Shown: in pieces, positions 45,701 through 55,527 of the stretch | How the letters are laid out: each line of letters begins with the position of its first letter | How positions within the stretch are numbered: position 1 is the stretch's first letter | Assembly: GCA_028697835.1 (NCBI GenBank) | Contig: JAQVDK010000002.1 | Location: forward strand, 1-56,116 | Source: Eubacteriales bacterium | GTDB taxonomy: Bacteria > Bacillota > Clostridia > Monoglobales > Firm-18 | Length of the DNA: 56,116 bases | Reading direction: 5' to 3' | The notes under the pieces: generated by a model | Told to the model about the DNA's origin: nothing | The model's database searches: none | The model's input: the letters and a program-made list of their open reading frames with translations, nothing else | Made by a program: the position numbers and the translations under genes

Positions 45701-46966
45701 AAAATGGTCAACAACTTCTCCGTTTTTTATCTTTACTGCGCCAATTTCTATAATCCTGTCATCACGAGGATTAAAGCCTGTGGTTTCCACGTCAAAAACC
45801 ACTATATTTTCCAAAATTCCCTGATTGTTTCCGTTAAAGGTAATGGCACGCCCAACATCAACAAGATAAGCCTCCATACCAAATATAACTTTAAAATCCT
45901 TCGGCATGCTCTGCGCTGCGTCAGGAAACGCCTGTACCACTCCATGGTCGGTAATGGCGATTGCCTTGTGCCCCCATGATGCTGCCCGCTGCACAACATC
46001 TCGCACATCGCACATTGCGTCCATAAAGCTCATTTTTGTATGCAGGTGAAGCTCCACACGCTTAACCGGGGCATCATCCACCCTTACCTCTTTTGGCACA
46101 ATGTTAATATCGTCCGCCATAACCAAAACTTCCCTGGCATATTTGTCAAACTGCGCCATGCCTCTTACCATTACATTTGTGCCTTTTTTAAGCCTATCTT
46201 CAAAGCGCATAAGCTCTTTTTTCTCAATTCCGAAAAGCTTGCATGTTATGCTGCTTTTAAAGTCGGTAACATCAAAGCTTACGATAAAGCTTCCGTTTCT
46301 GGTTTCTCTTGTATCCAATCCTTTTCTGAAAAGCTCGCCCTTTATTACAACCCTGCCGCTGGCCTCGTCAATTTCGCTTATGGGAGTAATCTGCGCCGAT
46401 TTAATTTCCCTGCCATACAAAATAGGGTTATCGTCTTTTTGCCTTGCATTGTTTGTTTCCTCAATTTTGCGCACTATTTCTTCCTTATTTTTTTCATACT
46501 TTTCAATAGTTTCTTCATGCACGGCAACTTCTATGTTAACATTTATTCCAAATTGCTCGCTGATGATTTCCTTTGCAGCTTCTAAACATCCGTTTTCTTC
46601 AAGAGCCTGAATACCGTTGTTTTTAAGGAGAATCCTTAAAGTATCCCCATGCACATTTGCAGTGGCACCGGATAAAACACTTATTGCAACAGGGGATTTT
46701 TCGGATATGTACTCTACTAAATTAGGCATAAATTCACTGCTAAACAAGCCTTTGTCGTATCTTGGCAGAATTTCCGCTTTTTTTAGCTTATAAGCAGTGC
46801 AAATTTCCTTTTGCAGGCTTTGTATTTTGTGAAAATCTATAATTTTATCAAAAGAGGCTGTAATCGAAACCTCTCTATCTTCTCGTTTTATCGTAACTTT
46901 TATAATGGTTCCGGATTTAAGAAGGTCGTCTTCCACTTTTGCAAAAAACTCCGCAAGCGTAATCAT
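42773..46966 (-). CDS. polC: DNA polymerase III, PolC type
   Basis: 1397 aa with a PHP domain (HLHTKMS), an inserted DEDDh exonuclease (VVFDVETTG ... HRAVNDA), and the polymerase core. Confidence 0.97.
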   Translation of the reverse strand: MITLAEFFAKVEDDLLKSGTIIKVTIKREDREVSITASFDKIIDFHKIQSLQKEICTAYKLKKAEILPRYDKGLFSSEFMPNLVEYISEKSPVAISVLSGATANVHGDTLRILLKNNGIQALEENGCLEAAKEIISEQFGINVNIEVAVHEETIEKYEKNKEEIVRKIEETNNARQKDDNPILYGREIKSAQITPISEIDEASGRVVIKGELFRKGLDTRETRNGSFIVSFDVTDFKSSITCKLFGIEKKELMRFEDRLKKGTNVMVRGMAQFDKYAREVLVMADDINIVPKEVRVDDAPVKRVELHLHTKMSFMDAMCDVRDVVQRAASWGHKAIAITDHGVVQAFPDAAQSMPKDFKVIFGMEAYLVDVGRAITFNGNNQGILENIVVFDVETTGFNPRDDRIIEIGAVKIKNGEVVDHFSCFVNPETIISPKITELTGITNEMVKDANTIEDVLPKFLEFCSDSVLVAHNAQFDIGFIRANADRLALNFSPTYIDTVEMARGALPDLPRHRLDVVAKALDVSLEGHHRAVNDANATAQIYLKLASKANVETVDQLNNAYNENESFKDKPYNHAVILAKNYTGLKNLYKIVSESHLNYFYKRPCVPKSVFFKYKEGLIIGSGCEQGELYQAILHGKSQKEIGEIVRMYDYLEIQPLKNNEFMVRSGTVKNFEELMAINKKIVELGEYYKKPVVATCDVHFLDEKDSIYRAILMEGQGYRDADEQAPLYLRTTEEMLAEFAYLGEEKAYEVVVTNTNKIADMIERMLPVPEGTFPPEMGNSKEEIIEMCNTRARQIYGDDLPSIVKERMDKELNAINKYGFSVMYLIAQRLVSKSNEDGYLVGSRGSVGSSFVAFLCGITEVNALAPHYVCPNCKNSEFITDGSVGSGVDMEDKSCPKCHTEYHKDGHDIPFETFLGFEGDKEPDIDLNFSGEYQPVAHKYTEELFGEGHVFRAGTISTLAEKTAYGYVKNYLEKREKGVSRADENRLVAGCSGVKRTTGQHPGGVMILPKGHDIHEFCPIQHPADDKSKGVITTHFDYHSLSGRLLKLDILGHDDPTMIKMLEDLTGVDARTIPLDDPKTMSLFSSTQALGVSPEEIGSDVGTFGVPELGTRFVRQMLVETKPSTFSELVRISGLSHGTDVWTNNAQDLVRQGIATLSEAICTRDDIMTYLIYRGLPSKAAFDIMERVRKGKGLTEEDEKLMREHEIPEWYIASCNKIKYMFPKAHAVAYITMALRIAWFKVHHPLAFYLAHFTVRADEFNAEIMCDPAVARKKKRELETLSPGETTQKDKNVLTILEIVIEMFARGIRFLPIDIYKSHATKFLGVDGNILPPLSALSGLGESAAESIVAQREIAPFSSIEDLLSRTSVSRTVAELMKQQGCLGNMPESDQITFF

Positions 46967-46969
46967 ATG

Positions 46970-48016
46970 CTATAATTCTCCTATTTCCTTTAATAATGTT
47001 TCCACAATTTCACTTTCTTTAATTTTTCTCACAATTTCGCCTTTTTTAAATAAAACGGCGCACCCGTCCCCTCCGGCAATTCCAATGTCTGCATCCTTTG
47101 CTTCGCCGGGACCGTTTACAACACACCCCATAACAGCCACCTTAATAGGTTTATCAATGGTCAAAAGCGCCTTTTCCACCGCATTTGCAATGGCAACCTG
47201 GTCTATCCTGCACCGCCCGCAAGAAGGGCAGGAGACAAGCTCAACTCCGCCGCTTGCAATGCCTGCCGATTTTAAAATGCTTTTGGCAGCTTTAACCTCC
47301 TCTACCGGGTCGGCGGTCAGCGAAACCCTTATGGTATCGCCTATTCCATCCAGCAGTAGAGCACCTATCCCCATGGCGGACTTTATAAGCCCGGAATACA
47401 AGGTGCCCGCTTCGGTTACACCGACATGCAGCGGATAATTTAAGGTGCGGCTCATAAGCCTGTAAGCCGCAGCGGTCTTTGCCACGTCCGAGGCTTTTAG
47501 GGATATTACAATGTCGTCAAAATCAAATTCATTCAAAAGGCGGATATGAAAGATGGCACTTTCCACCATGGCTTTTGGGGTTCTTCCATACTTCTTTTCG
47601 CTTTCGCTATCGATAGAGCCCATATTAACCCCAATCCTTATAGGGATTTGCCTGCCTTTGCAAGCGGCAACAAGCTGCCTTACCCTATCCTTTCCGCCAA
47701 TGTTGCCCGGGTTTATCCGGATTTTATCAGCGCCTTGGTCCACACATTCCAAAGCCAACCGATAGTCGAAATGAATGTCCGCCACCAAAGGCATATTGAC
47801 TTTGCTTTTTATCTTTCCAAAGGCTTTTGCCGCATCCATATCAGGTATCGCCAGACGCACGATATCACAGCCTGCATTTTGCAGGCTGTGAATTTGGTCA
47901 ATAGTTTTTTCAACGTCGGTGGTTGGAGTATTGCACATACTCTGTATGGACACCCCACCGCCGCCTATTGTAATATTTCCAACACGCACTTTTTTGGTAC
48001 TATCTCTATGTGCCAT
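46970..48016 (-). CDS. ispG: 4-hydroxy-3-methylbut-2-en-1-yl diphosphate synthase
   Basis: Has the GcpE motifs VRLAIPD and RINPGNIG, plus cluster cysteines SCPSCGR and MGCVVNGPGE. Confidence 0.95.
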   Translation of the reverse strand: MAHRDSTKKVRVGNITIGGGGVSIQSMCNTPTTDVEKTIDQIHSLQNAGCDIVRLAIPDMDAAKAFGKIKSKVNMPLVADIHFDYRLALECVDQGADKIRINPGNIGGKDRVRQLVAACKGRQIPIRIGVNMGSIDSESEKKYGRTPKAMVESAIFHIRLLNEFDFDDIVISLKASDVAKTAAAYRLMSRTLNYPLHVGVTEAGTLYSGLIKSAMGIGALLLDGIGDTIRVSLTADPVEEVKAAKSILKSAGIASGGVELVSCPSCGRCRIDQVAIANAVEKALLTIDKPIKVAVMGCVVNGPGEAKDADIGIAGGDGCAVLFKKGEIVRKIKESEIVETLLKEIGEL

Positions 48017-48017
48017 A

Positions 48018-49028
48018 TCACCCTCCGAAAATACGGCTTATATCGTTGGTAGTAGCAAAAATCATAAGCAAAATAAGCAGTGCAAACCCAACAAAATGGA
48101 CCAGGCCTTCCTTTTCCGCCGGTATTTTTTTGCGCCTTACTGCTTCAACAAGCACAAACAATATCCTTCCTCCGTCAAGGGCAGGAATGGGAAGCAAATT
48201 AAACACCCCAAGATTTATGGTAATAAAAGCAGTAAGATTTAAAAGGTCCCAAATACTTGTTTTTGCAGCCTCGCCAATGTGCTGAACTATTCCTACCGGT
48301 CCGGACACTTCCTTTACGCTATATCCCCCCCTAAGCAGGTCAATCAAAGAGACAATAATAATCTTTGATGTGTATAGGGTGTAGTAGAAAGAGTTTCGCA
48401 ACCTGCCTATAAAGCCATGCTTTGCCACAGAAGGATAAAAGCCGATTTTATATTCGCCATTTTCATCTTTCAAAGGCGTGAGTATGGTGGATTTTTTCTC
48501 GCCGTTTCGTACAAACTCAATTTTAATTTCGGAGCCTGCATTTCTTGACATTTCAAAATGCAAGTCCTGATATATGTTAATTCTTGTTCCGTTTATCTTT
48601 GTGATTCTGTCCCCTTCCATAAGCCCTGCGGCTTCGGCGGGATAATCCTCGATAACCTTTTCTATTACAGGTACGTAAGTTTGGCTAATTGCCGACATAA
48701 TCACAACAAAAATTAAAAACCCTGTAAAAATATTCATAAATGCGCCCGCAACTAAAACAATTAGTCTTTTCCACGGACTTTTATTGCCGAATGCAGCTTC
48801 GTCGTCGCTTTCCTCGTCCTCGCCTTCCATCTTGCAAAAGCCGCCGACAGGAAGCACACGAAGGGAATAAAGAGTTTCGCCCTTTTTTCGTTTGAAAATA
48901 GCCGGACCCATGCCTATTGCAAATTCCAAAACACGTATGCCCACCGCCTTTGCAGCGATAAAATGCCCAAACTCGTGGACGGTTATAAGCAAAAGAAATA
49001 TAAGTATTGCAGAAATTGCCGTGGTCAT
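48018..49028 (-). CDS. rseP: RIP site-2 metalloprotease RseP/RasP
   Basis: Has HEFGHF, a PDZ domain and NLLPIPALDGGR. ATGA overlap with the dxr stop. Confidence 0.9.
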   Translation of the reverse strand: MTTAISAILIFLLLITVHEFGHFIAAKAVGIRVLEFAIGMGPAIFKRKKGETLYSLRVLPVGGFCKMEGEDEESDDEAAFGNKSPWKRLIVLVAGAFMNIFTGFLIFVVIMSAISQTYVPVIEKVIEDYPAEAAGLMEGDRITKINGTRINIYQDLHFEMSRNAGSEIKIEFVRNGEKKSTILTPLKDENGEYKIGFYPSVAKHGFIGRLRNSFYYTLYTSKIIIVSLIDLLRGGYSVKEVSGPVGIVQHIGEAAKTSIWDLLNLTAFITINLGVFNLLPIPALDGGRILFVLVEAVRRKKIPAEKEGLVHFVGFALLILLMIFATTNDISRIFGG

Positions 49029-50155
49029 CTTAAAATCTCCTCCTTAATTTGCCTATCTAAATCTATTATTTCAGATAAGGACGGATTTATTATTTTTTTA
49101 TGCTTTTGAAGATGCTTTTCCACAATTTCAGCTATTTCCAAAAACTTTATTTTGCCTTCTAAAAACAATTCCACCGCAGCTTCATTTGCTGCGTTTAAAA
49201 CCGTCGGCATGGTTCCTCCATGCACCCCCGCCCAAACGGCAAGGGACAAAAGCCTGAAGGTGTCAACATCAGGCTGTGCAAAAGAAAGCTTTGAAAGCTT
49301 TTTAAAGTCCATCCTTTCCACAATCGAGGATACTCTTTCGGGATAGCATATGGCATAATGTATTGGAAGGCGCATATCAGGGTATCCCAACTGCGCCAAA
49401 ATACTGCCATCTGTAAATTCCACCATGGAATGTATAATACTCTCTCTGTGTATAACAACTTCTATATTGTCATAGTCTATGCCAAACAGATGATGAGCCT
49501 CAATTACCTCCAACCCTTTGTTCATCAGCGTTGCGCTGTCTATGGTAATTTTCTTGCCCATGCTCCAATTTGGGTGGGCAAGGGCCTCATCTACCGTAAC
49601 ATTTTCAAGCTCGTGTTTTTTTCTGCCAAAAAAAGAGCCGCCCGAAGCCGTTAAAATAATTCTATCTACCGCGCCCCCGCCTTGCATGCATTGGAAAATA
49701 GCGCTATGCTCACTGTCAACGGGAATTATGGAAGCTCCTTTTTCCTCGGCCTTTTTCATAATAATATCCCCTGCCGTAACAAGGGTTTCTTTGTTTGCCA
49801 GAAGGATGTCCTTTCCCTCGTCAATGGCAGCGTTAGTTGGTATTAAACCTGCAATTCCCACAATGGAGGTTACAACAGAGCCGGCTTTCTTATGGGTACT
49901 CACCTGGCACAAACCGTCCACACCCGATACTACCTTCGTATTTGTGTCCGCAACTGAAACTTTTAAATCCAAAGCAGCCTTTTCATCTGCAACTGCCGCA
50001 ATTTCGGGTTTAAACCTTCTTATTTGCTCTTCCAAAAGTTTAATATTTCTGTTTGTGGAAAGTCCTGCTATTTTGACATTTCCAAGATGCTCCGCCACCT
50101 CAAGGGTTTGGGTGCCGATAGAGCCCGTACTGCCTAAAACCGAGATTGTTTTCAT
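49025..50155 (-). CDS. dxr: 1-deoxy-D-xylulose 5-phosphate reductoisomerase
   Basis: Has VLGSTGSIGTQTL and NKE...DSEHSA motifs. ATG 50155 lies 7 nt after GAGG; the track start at 50170 is TTG and overlaps cdsA. Confidence 0.95.
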   Translation of the reverse strand: MKTISVLGSTGSIGTQTLEVAEHLGNVKIAGLSTNRNIKLLEEQIRRFKPEIAAVADEKAALDLKVSVADTNTKVVSGVDGLCQVSTHKKAGSVVTSIVGIAGLIPTNAAIDEGKDILLANKETLVTAGDIIMKKAEEKGASIIPVDSEHSAIFQCMQGGGAVDRIILTASGGSFFGRKKHELENVTVDEALAHPNWSMGKKITIDSATLMNKGLEVIEAHHLFGIDYDNIEVVIHRESIIHSMVEFTDGSILAQLGYPDMRLPIHYAICYPERVSSIVERMDFKKLSKLSFAQPDVDTFRLLSLAVWAGVHGGTMPTVLNAANEAAVELFLEGKIKFLEIAEIVEKHLQKHKKIINPSLSEIIDLDRQIKEEILR

Positions 50156-50159
50156 GTTA

Positions 50160-50969
50160 TTACCTCGCAAAAATAACTGCTATATTTGAAACAAAGATGT
50201 AAACCAGCGGTGCAACAAAAATTACACTGTCAAACCTGTCCATAACACCGCCGTGACCGGGCATGATTTGCCCGTAATCCTTAATTCCAAACTCCCTTTT
50301 TATCCTGGATGCCGACAAATCGCCAAGCTGTGCAACTGCTGAAGATGCAAATCCTAAAAGCACAAGCATGGGATAGTTTGCTCCAAGCTTAAAAAAACGC
50401 TCCATAACAAACCCAAACAGTGCCATTGCCCCCATAGAGCCTAAAAGCCCGCCAATGCAGCCTTCAATGGTTTTTTTAGGGCTTAGCCACTCGTTTAGCT
50501 TGTGTTTTCCGAAAAAAACACCCACTAAATACGCAAAGGTGTCCGTCATAAAAGCGCCTATAAAAACCGTCCAAATAAGGTATTTTCCCAACTCAAGCTT
50601 TCGAATAAAGACTATATGCACCATAAAAAAACAAACAAATATAGTTAAAAAAAACATTTTTGATATGTCTTGAAGCTTTAATTTGCTGCTTTTTATCATA
50701 TACATTATAAAAAGCGCCAGTATGTAGCAGTATAACATGGGGAGCAAAAGCTTATTGTCCGCAGAATAGGCATAGGTGAAGCCAAATGATGCGCAAAGCC
50801 CCAAAACTTTAAGAGGCAGGTACTTGGTAAGTCCAACCGCCTCATACATTTCCAAAAGGGCAATAAAGCTGACTGCAGCCATGCCAATATTTAAAAAAAA
50901 CTTATCGGAAATTAAAAACAAAATAAGTATCAAGGCACCTATTAATCCCGAAATAACACGCTGTTTCAT
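50160..50969 (-). CDS. cdsA: Phosphatidate cytidylyltransferase
   Basis: CTP-transferase signature SRIKREFGIKDYGQIMPGHGGVMDRFDS. ATG 50969 (MKQRVISG) lies downstream of the uppS stop; the track start at 51125 would overlap uppS by 124 nt. Confidence 0.88.
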   Translation of the reverse strand: MKQRVISGLIGALILILFLISDKFFLNIGMAAVSFIALLEMYEAVGLTKYLPLKVLGLCASFGFTYAYSADNKLLLPMLYCYILALFIMYMIKSSKLKLQDISKMFFLTIFVCFFMVHIVFIRKLELGKYLIWTVFIGAFMTDTFAYLVGVFFGKHKLNEWLSPKKTIEGCIGGLLGSMGAMALFGFVMERFFKLGANYPMLVLLGFASSAVAQLGDLSASRIKREFGIKDYGQIMPGHGGVMDRFDSVIFVAPLVYIFVSNIAVIFAR

Positions 50970-51001
50970 AGCAAAAACCCTTTCGCAATCCTGTTTTAAG
51001 G

Positions 51002-51727
51002 CTACACCCCTCCGTATCGCCTGTTTCTTTTTTGATAGTCGGAAATTGCCTCGAGCATATGTTTGGTGGTAAAATCCGGCCAAAGCACGTCGGAGTACCA
51101 AAGCTCCGCATAGGCGCATTGCCAAAGCAAAAAATTAGACAGGCGCATTTCTCCGCTGGGCCTTATAATCAAATCAACCGGCGGGTTGCCTTTTGTATAT
51201 AAATACTCGTCAATATGTTTTTCCTCCAGCCCATCGGCAGGAATACCGCTTTTAATAATGCTTTTAACGGCGGACAAGATTTCAGCCCTGCCGCCGTAGT
51301 TAAGTGCAATATTCAAGGTCATGCCCGTGTTGTTTTTGGTAAGCTCTTCCGTCTCAAAAATAAGCCTTCGCAAATCATCGCTAAAGGGCTTAAGGTCGCC
51401 AATTACCTTTATAACAACATTTTTTCCGCCAAGCTCTTCCTCTGCCTTTGACAGATATTCCGCCAGAAGGCTTATAAGGTTATCTACTTCGCCCTTAGGC
51501 CTTTTCCAGTTTTCGGTGGAAAAAGCATATACGGTAAGAGCTTCTATGCCTATTTCATCACAAAATGTTGCTATGGTTTTAAGTGTATTAGCACCGGCCC
51601 TATGTCCTAACGCACGAGGCATGCCGCGTTTTTTTGCCCATCTGCCGTTGCCATCCATAATAATGCCTATGTGCCGTGGCAAATTTTCCTTGTCTATCTT
51701 ATGGACCTTTTTTTTAAATATATTCAT
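51002..51727 (-). CDS. uppS: Isoprenyl transferase (undecaprenyl diphosphate synthase)
   Basis: Has HIGIIMDGNGRWA, FSTENWKRP and RLSNFLLWQ motifs. Confidence 0.95.
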   Translation of the reverse strand: MNIFKKKVHKIDKENLPRHIGIIMDGNGRWAKKRGMPRALGHRAGANTLKTIATFCDEIGIEALTVYAFSTENWKRPKGEVDNLISLLAEYLSKAEEELGGKNVVIKVIGDLKPFSDDLRRLIFETEELTKNNTGMTLNIALNYGGRAEILSAVKSIIKSGIPADGLEEKHIDEYLYTKGNPPVDLIIRPSGEMRLSNFLLWQCAYAELWYSDVLWPDFTTKHMLEAISDYQKRNRRYGGV

Positions 51728-51734
51728 ATATAAC

Positions 51735-52289
51735 CTAAACCTCTAAGATTTCCTTTTCCTTTTTAGCCGCTATATCTTCAGCTTCTTTAATTTTAGCGTC
51801 AGTAAGCTTTTGAATTTCGTTTTCGTAGCTTTTTAGGTCATCTTCCGTAATCTCACTTTTTTTCTTTAAAGACTTTGCAAAGTCCATAGCTTCCCTTCTG
51901 ATTGAGCGGATGGCAACCCTTGCATCTTCGGTTTTTTTGCCAAGGGCCTTTACAAGCTCCCTTCTTCTTTCCTCCGTTGGGCTTGGAAAACTCAGCCTTA
52001 TCACCTTTCCGTCATTTTGAGGATTAACCCCAAGGTCCGCTTTGTTTATAGCCTTTTCAACATCTTGAAGAATGCTTGCGTCCCATGGCTGTATAACAAT
52101 CATATGTGCTTCGGGAACTGAAATGCTTGCCACCTGCGCAATAGGTGTAGGGGTTCCGTAATACTCAACCATAACCCTGTCCAAAATCGCCGGATTTGCC
52201 CTTCCTGCACGCAGAGTTACCAAATCATCGGCAAAAAAACCGATGGATTTGTCCATTTTTGTTTCAAAGTCCTTTAACCAATCACTCAT
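51735..52289 (-). CDS. frr: Ribosome recycling factor
   Basis: 184 aa with LRAGRANPAILD and IRSIRREA motifs. Confidence 0.96.
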   Translation of the reverse strand: MSDWLKDFETKMDKSIGFFADDLVTLRAGRANPAILDRVMVEYYGTPTPIAQVASISVPEAHMIVIQPWDASILQDVEKAINKADLGVNPQNDGKVIRLSFPSPTEERRRELVKALGKKTEDARVAIRSIRREAMDFAKSLKKKSEITEDDLKSYENEIQKLTDAKIKEAEDIAAKKEKEILEV

Positions 52290-52301
52290 TGTAACAACCT
52301 C

Positions 52302-53003
52302 CTATTTTACTATTGTTCCAATTATTTCACCGCGAATCGCCTTTGTAATATTTTCCGGATTGTTAAGACCGAACACCAAAATAGGAATATCGTTATCCAT
52401 ACAAAGGGAAGTTGCGGTGGAGTCCATAACACCTAAGCCTCTATTTATAACATCAAGGTAATTTATAGTATCAAACTTAATTGCGGATGAATTTATGTTC
52501 GGGTCGCTGTCATAAACGCCGTCAACCTTTTTGGCAAGAAGTATCACATCAGCGTCCATCTCCGCCGCCCTAAGGGCTGCAGCGGTATCTGTTGTGAAAT
52601 ACGGGTTTCCGGTTCCACAAGCAAAAATAACAACCCGCTCTTTTTCCATATGCCTTACGGCCCTGCCCCGAATATACGGCTCGGCGATTGCCCTCATTTC
52701 AATGGCGGTTTGCACCCTTGTAGGTACACCTCTTTGCTCCAATGCGTCTTGAAGCGCCAGTGCATTTATAACCGTTGCAAGCATTCCCATGTGGTCAGCC
52801 CTTGTTTTGTCCATGTTCTTGCCCGTTCTGCCCCTCCAAAAGTTGCCGCCACCGCATACAATACCGATTTGAACGCCTATATCGGTGCATTTTTTAATTT
52901 CGTCACTGATAGCTCCTATTGTTTTCTCGTCAATGCCAAAACCCTTTTCACCTGCAAGAGCTTCGCCGCTTAGCTTGATTATTACCCTTTTGTACTTAGG
53001 CAT
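52302..53003 (-). CDS. pyrH: UMP kinase
   Basis: Has [21 protein letters not shown] and [11 protein letters not shown] motifs. Confidence 0.96.
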   Translation of the reverse strand: MPKYKRVIIKLSGEALAGEKGFGIDEKTIGAISDEIKKCTDIGVQIGIVCGGGNFWRGRTGKNMDKTRADHMGMLATVINALALQDALEQRGVPTRVQTAIEMRAIAEPYIRGRAVRHMEKERVVIFACGTGNPYFTTDTAAALRAAEMDADVILLAKKVDGVYDSDPNINSSAIKFDTINYLDVINRGLGVMDSTATSLCMDNDIPILVFGLNNPENITKAIRGEIIGTIVK

Positions 53004-53008
53004 ATCGA

Positions 53009-53893
53009 TTATTTTCTCTCCTTTTCGATTATGGTTTGTAGATAGTCTAAAAATTTTTCTCTAAGGTTATCATATTTTAATGCATATTCAACTGTCGCTT
53101 CCAAAAAGCCCATCTTATTGCCCACGTCATAACGCCTGCCAATAAAGTCGTACGCATAAACGGGCTCCAGCTGGGCAAGCTCTTTTAAAGCGTCGGTCAA
53201 TTGAATTTCACCGCCTGTACCCGGCTTGGTATTTTCCAAAATCTCAAATATAGCGGGGGTTATTATATATCTGCCCAAAACGGCAATATTACTGGGTGCT
53301 TTGTCTATGTCCGGTTTTTCAACCAAATCTGCAACCTTAAAAACCCTGTCATCTACCTTGCCTTCTTCGCAGCACTCCACAATGCCGTATTTGCCAACCT
53401 GTGACCAATCAACAGACTGAACGCCTAAAACCGACGAGCCATATAAATAATAAATATCCATCATTTGCCGAAGGCATGGCACGCTTGCGTCCACAATATC
53501 GTCACCAAGCAAAACCGCAAAGGGTTCATCACCCACAAAGGATTTTGCACAGTATATCGCATGCCCCAGTCCTTTTGGCTCCCTTTGGCGTGTGTAATGA
53601 ATATTTGCCATGTTGGAAATATCTTGAACCAACTGCAAAAGGTCTTCCTTGCCTGACTTTTGAAGCTCGTTTTCAATCTCGTAGGATTTGTCGAAATGGT
53701 CCTCTATGGCACGCTTGCTCCTGCCTGTAATAATCATAATATCCTCGATACCTGATTCGACAGCTTCTTCCACGATATATTGGATTGTGGGTTTATCTAC
53801 GATGGGAAGCATTTCTTTAGGCTGAGCCTTGGTTGCGGGTAAAAAACGCGTTCCAAGCCCTGCGGCCGGAATAACCGCCTTGGTTATTTTCAT
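53009..53893 (-). CDS. galU: UTP--glucose-1-phosphate uridylyltransferase
   Basis: [30 protein letters not shown] and a lysine-rich signature. It ends 5 nt before pyrH. Confidence 0.93.
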   Translation of the reverse strand: MKITKAVIPAAGLGTRFLPATKAQPKEMLPIVDKPTIQYIVEEAVESGIEDIMIITGRSKRAIEDHFDKSYEIENELQKSGKEDLLQLVQDISNMANIHYTRQREPKGLGHAIYCAKSFVGDEPFAVLLGDDIVDASVPCLRQMMDIYYLYGSSVLGVQSVDWSQVGKYGIVECCEEGKVDDRVFKVADLVEKPDIDKAPSNIAVLGRYIITPAIFEILENTKPGTGGEIQLTDALKELAQLEPVYAYDFIGRRYDVGNKMGFLEATVEYALKYDNLREKFLDYLQTIIEKERK

Positions 53894-54004
53894 TCAACCA
53901 TCAACGTCCTTTCGTGACTGTTCTCTGTGCCGCACAGCTTTTTGGCACGCAGCCGGTCACATCTACTATTTTACCAAAAATTGCGCCTAAAGTAAAGTAT
54001 AACT

Positions 54005-54802
54005 TTAAATACTTTGAATTACCCGTAAGAGGGCATGCTCCGTATTCCTAACGGTGATGCTTTTAGCCACAGCCTTCAAATCGTCAATGGCATTTTCAAC
54101 AGCAAAGGATATGTCCGAAGCCCCAAGAAGCGAAATATCGTTTTCATTGTCACCTATGGCAATTGTTGTGTGAATTTTGTCTGGCATCATTTGCTTCAGT
54201 TTAACCAAAGCATTGCCCTTTGTAGCCTTTGGGCTTAAAATTTCAAGAAAAATTGCGTCGCTTCTTATAAAGCTGTATTTTTCCCAATACGGGGTTTTCA
54301 TAAGATGATTTCTAAGCTCATTTGTTTGCTCTGCTGCTTGGACGAACATGGCCTTTGTCCAAGGCATGGGAATTTCCCGATAGTCCGACAATGTAATATC
54401 CAAATTCTCAACACCTGCATGCCACCGTATAAATTCGTTTACTTTGTAAAAATAAATATCACTGCGGTCATAAACCTCAAACCCGGTGGTATCAAAGTTT
54501 TTCTCCACATATTCCAAAACCTCAATGGCGCCTTGGTCCAGCGATTCCACAGACAAATATTTATCGCCTTTAAGGTCATAAACCGCCGCTCCGTTATGGG
54601 TTATAATGGGGCTATTGGGCAAAAAATCATTAAAAATAGGCGCTATTGCTTTGGGTGTTCTTCCGGTTGCAACAGTAAACAGTCCGCCTTCATCCATAAA
54701 GTGCAAAATCGCCTCTTTGTTTTCTTCAGATATAACATGCTTATCATTAAGCAAGGTGCCATCCATGTCTGTGCAAATTAAGTATCCTTCGTATTTTTTC
54801 AT
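54005..54802 (-). CDS. Cof-type HAD-IIB phosphatase
   Basis: Motif I is CTDMDGTLL and motif IV is GDNENDISLL. ATG 54802 follows AAGGGGG; the track start at 54898 is an unsupported extension. Confidence 0.85.
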   Translation of the reverse strand: MKKYEGYLICTDMDGTLLNDKHVISEENKEAILHFMDEGGLFTVATGRTPKAIAPIFNDFLPNSPIITHNGAAVYDLKGDKYLSVESLDQGAIEVLEYVEKNFDTTGFEVYDRSDIYFYKVNEFIRWHAGVENLDITLSDYREIPMPWTKAMFVQAAEQTNELRNHLMKTPYWEKYSFIRSDAIFLEILSPKATKGNALVKLKQMMPDKIHTTIAIGDNENDISLLGASDISFAVENAIDDLKAVAKSITVRNTEHALLRVIQSI

Positions 54803-54944
54803 AGCGCCCCCTTGTTTCGCAGATTTTTCATAATTATAGCATACATATCTTAAAAATGATAACGGAGATTTCTCGAGAATAAAAGAGAAAAAGCGCAAAT
54901 TAAAGAGTTTTAAAACAACAGATTAAAAATTTGAAAAAAACCTC

Positions 54945-54973
54945 TTGACAATACCGTTATCTTGTATTACAAT
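54945..54973 (+). promoter_or_regulatory. Sigma-A-type promoter candidate for rplM-rpsI
   Basis: TTGACA (54945-54950), 17 nt, TACAAT (54968-54973). The predicted 5' UTR is about 90 nt. Confidence 0.55.
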
Positions 54974-55071
54974 AGTTTAGGTTAGAAAAGCTTTGCGTAA
55001 AATTTTTTGGCATTAAAACATATTATGTTTTTAATAATTATGCAAGCTACATTACACAAGGAGGTATATAA

Positions 55072-55509
55072 ATGAGTACTTTTATTGCAAAAGCAAATGA
55101 GCTTGAAAGGCAATGGTACATTATCGATGCCGCAGGCAAGCCACTGGGCAGGGTTGCATCTGTTGCCGCTTCGATTCTTCGTGGTAAGCACAAGCCAACC
55201 TACACCCCTAATGTTGATTGCGGGGACTATGTAATTATCATTAACAGCGATAAGGCAGTTTTGACAGGCAAGAAGCTTGACCAAAAGGTTTGGTATCGCC
55301 ACAGCGGATACCCCGGTGGATTGAAGGCCACCAAATACCGCACTCTTATGGCTACACGTTCGGACAAAGCTATGGAGCTTGCTGTTTGGGGTATGCTTCC
55401 GCATAACAGCCTTGGCAGAGCCGCTATGAGAAAGGTCCGCATTTACAAAGATGATAACCACAACCATCAAGCCCAAAACCCACAGGCTTGGACTCGTGAA
55501 ATTAAATAA
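55072..55509 (+). CDS. rplM: 50S ribosomal protein L13
   Basis: [16 protein letters not shown]...HSGYPGGLK; RBS AAGGAGG. Confidence 0.97.
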   Translation: MSTFIAKANELERQWYIIDAAGKPLGRVASVAASILRGKHKPTYTPNVDCGDYVIIINSDKAVLTGKKLDQKVWYRHSGYPGGLKATKYRTLMATRSDKAMELAVWGMLPHNSLGRAAMRKVRIYKDDNHNHQAQNPQAWTREIK

Positions 55510-55527
55510 TTAGGAGAGGTGATATAA

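Noticed and set aside
55025-55075. 16-codon uORF ([16 protein letters not shown]) whose TGA overlaps the rplM ATG (ATGA). Also a possible L13-leader structure, with an AU-rich hairpin near 55012-55035.
   Set aside because: It has no RBS, and the ATGA overlap is an automatic consequence of a gene starting ATG-A. The hairpin is weak and purely A-U. I cannot recognise the L13 leader consensus by eye. It is kept as a control for the aroF uORF observation.
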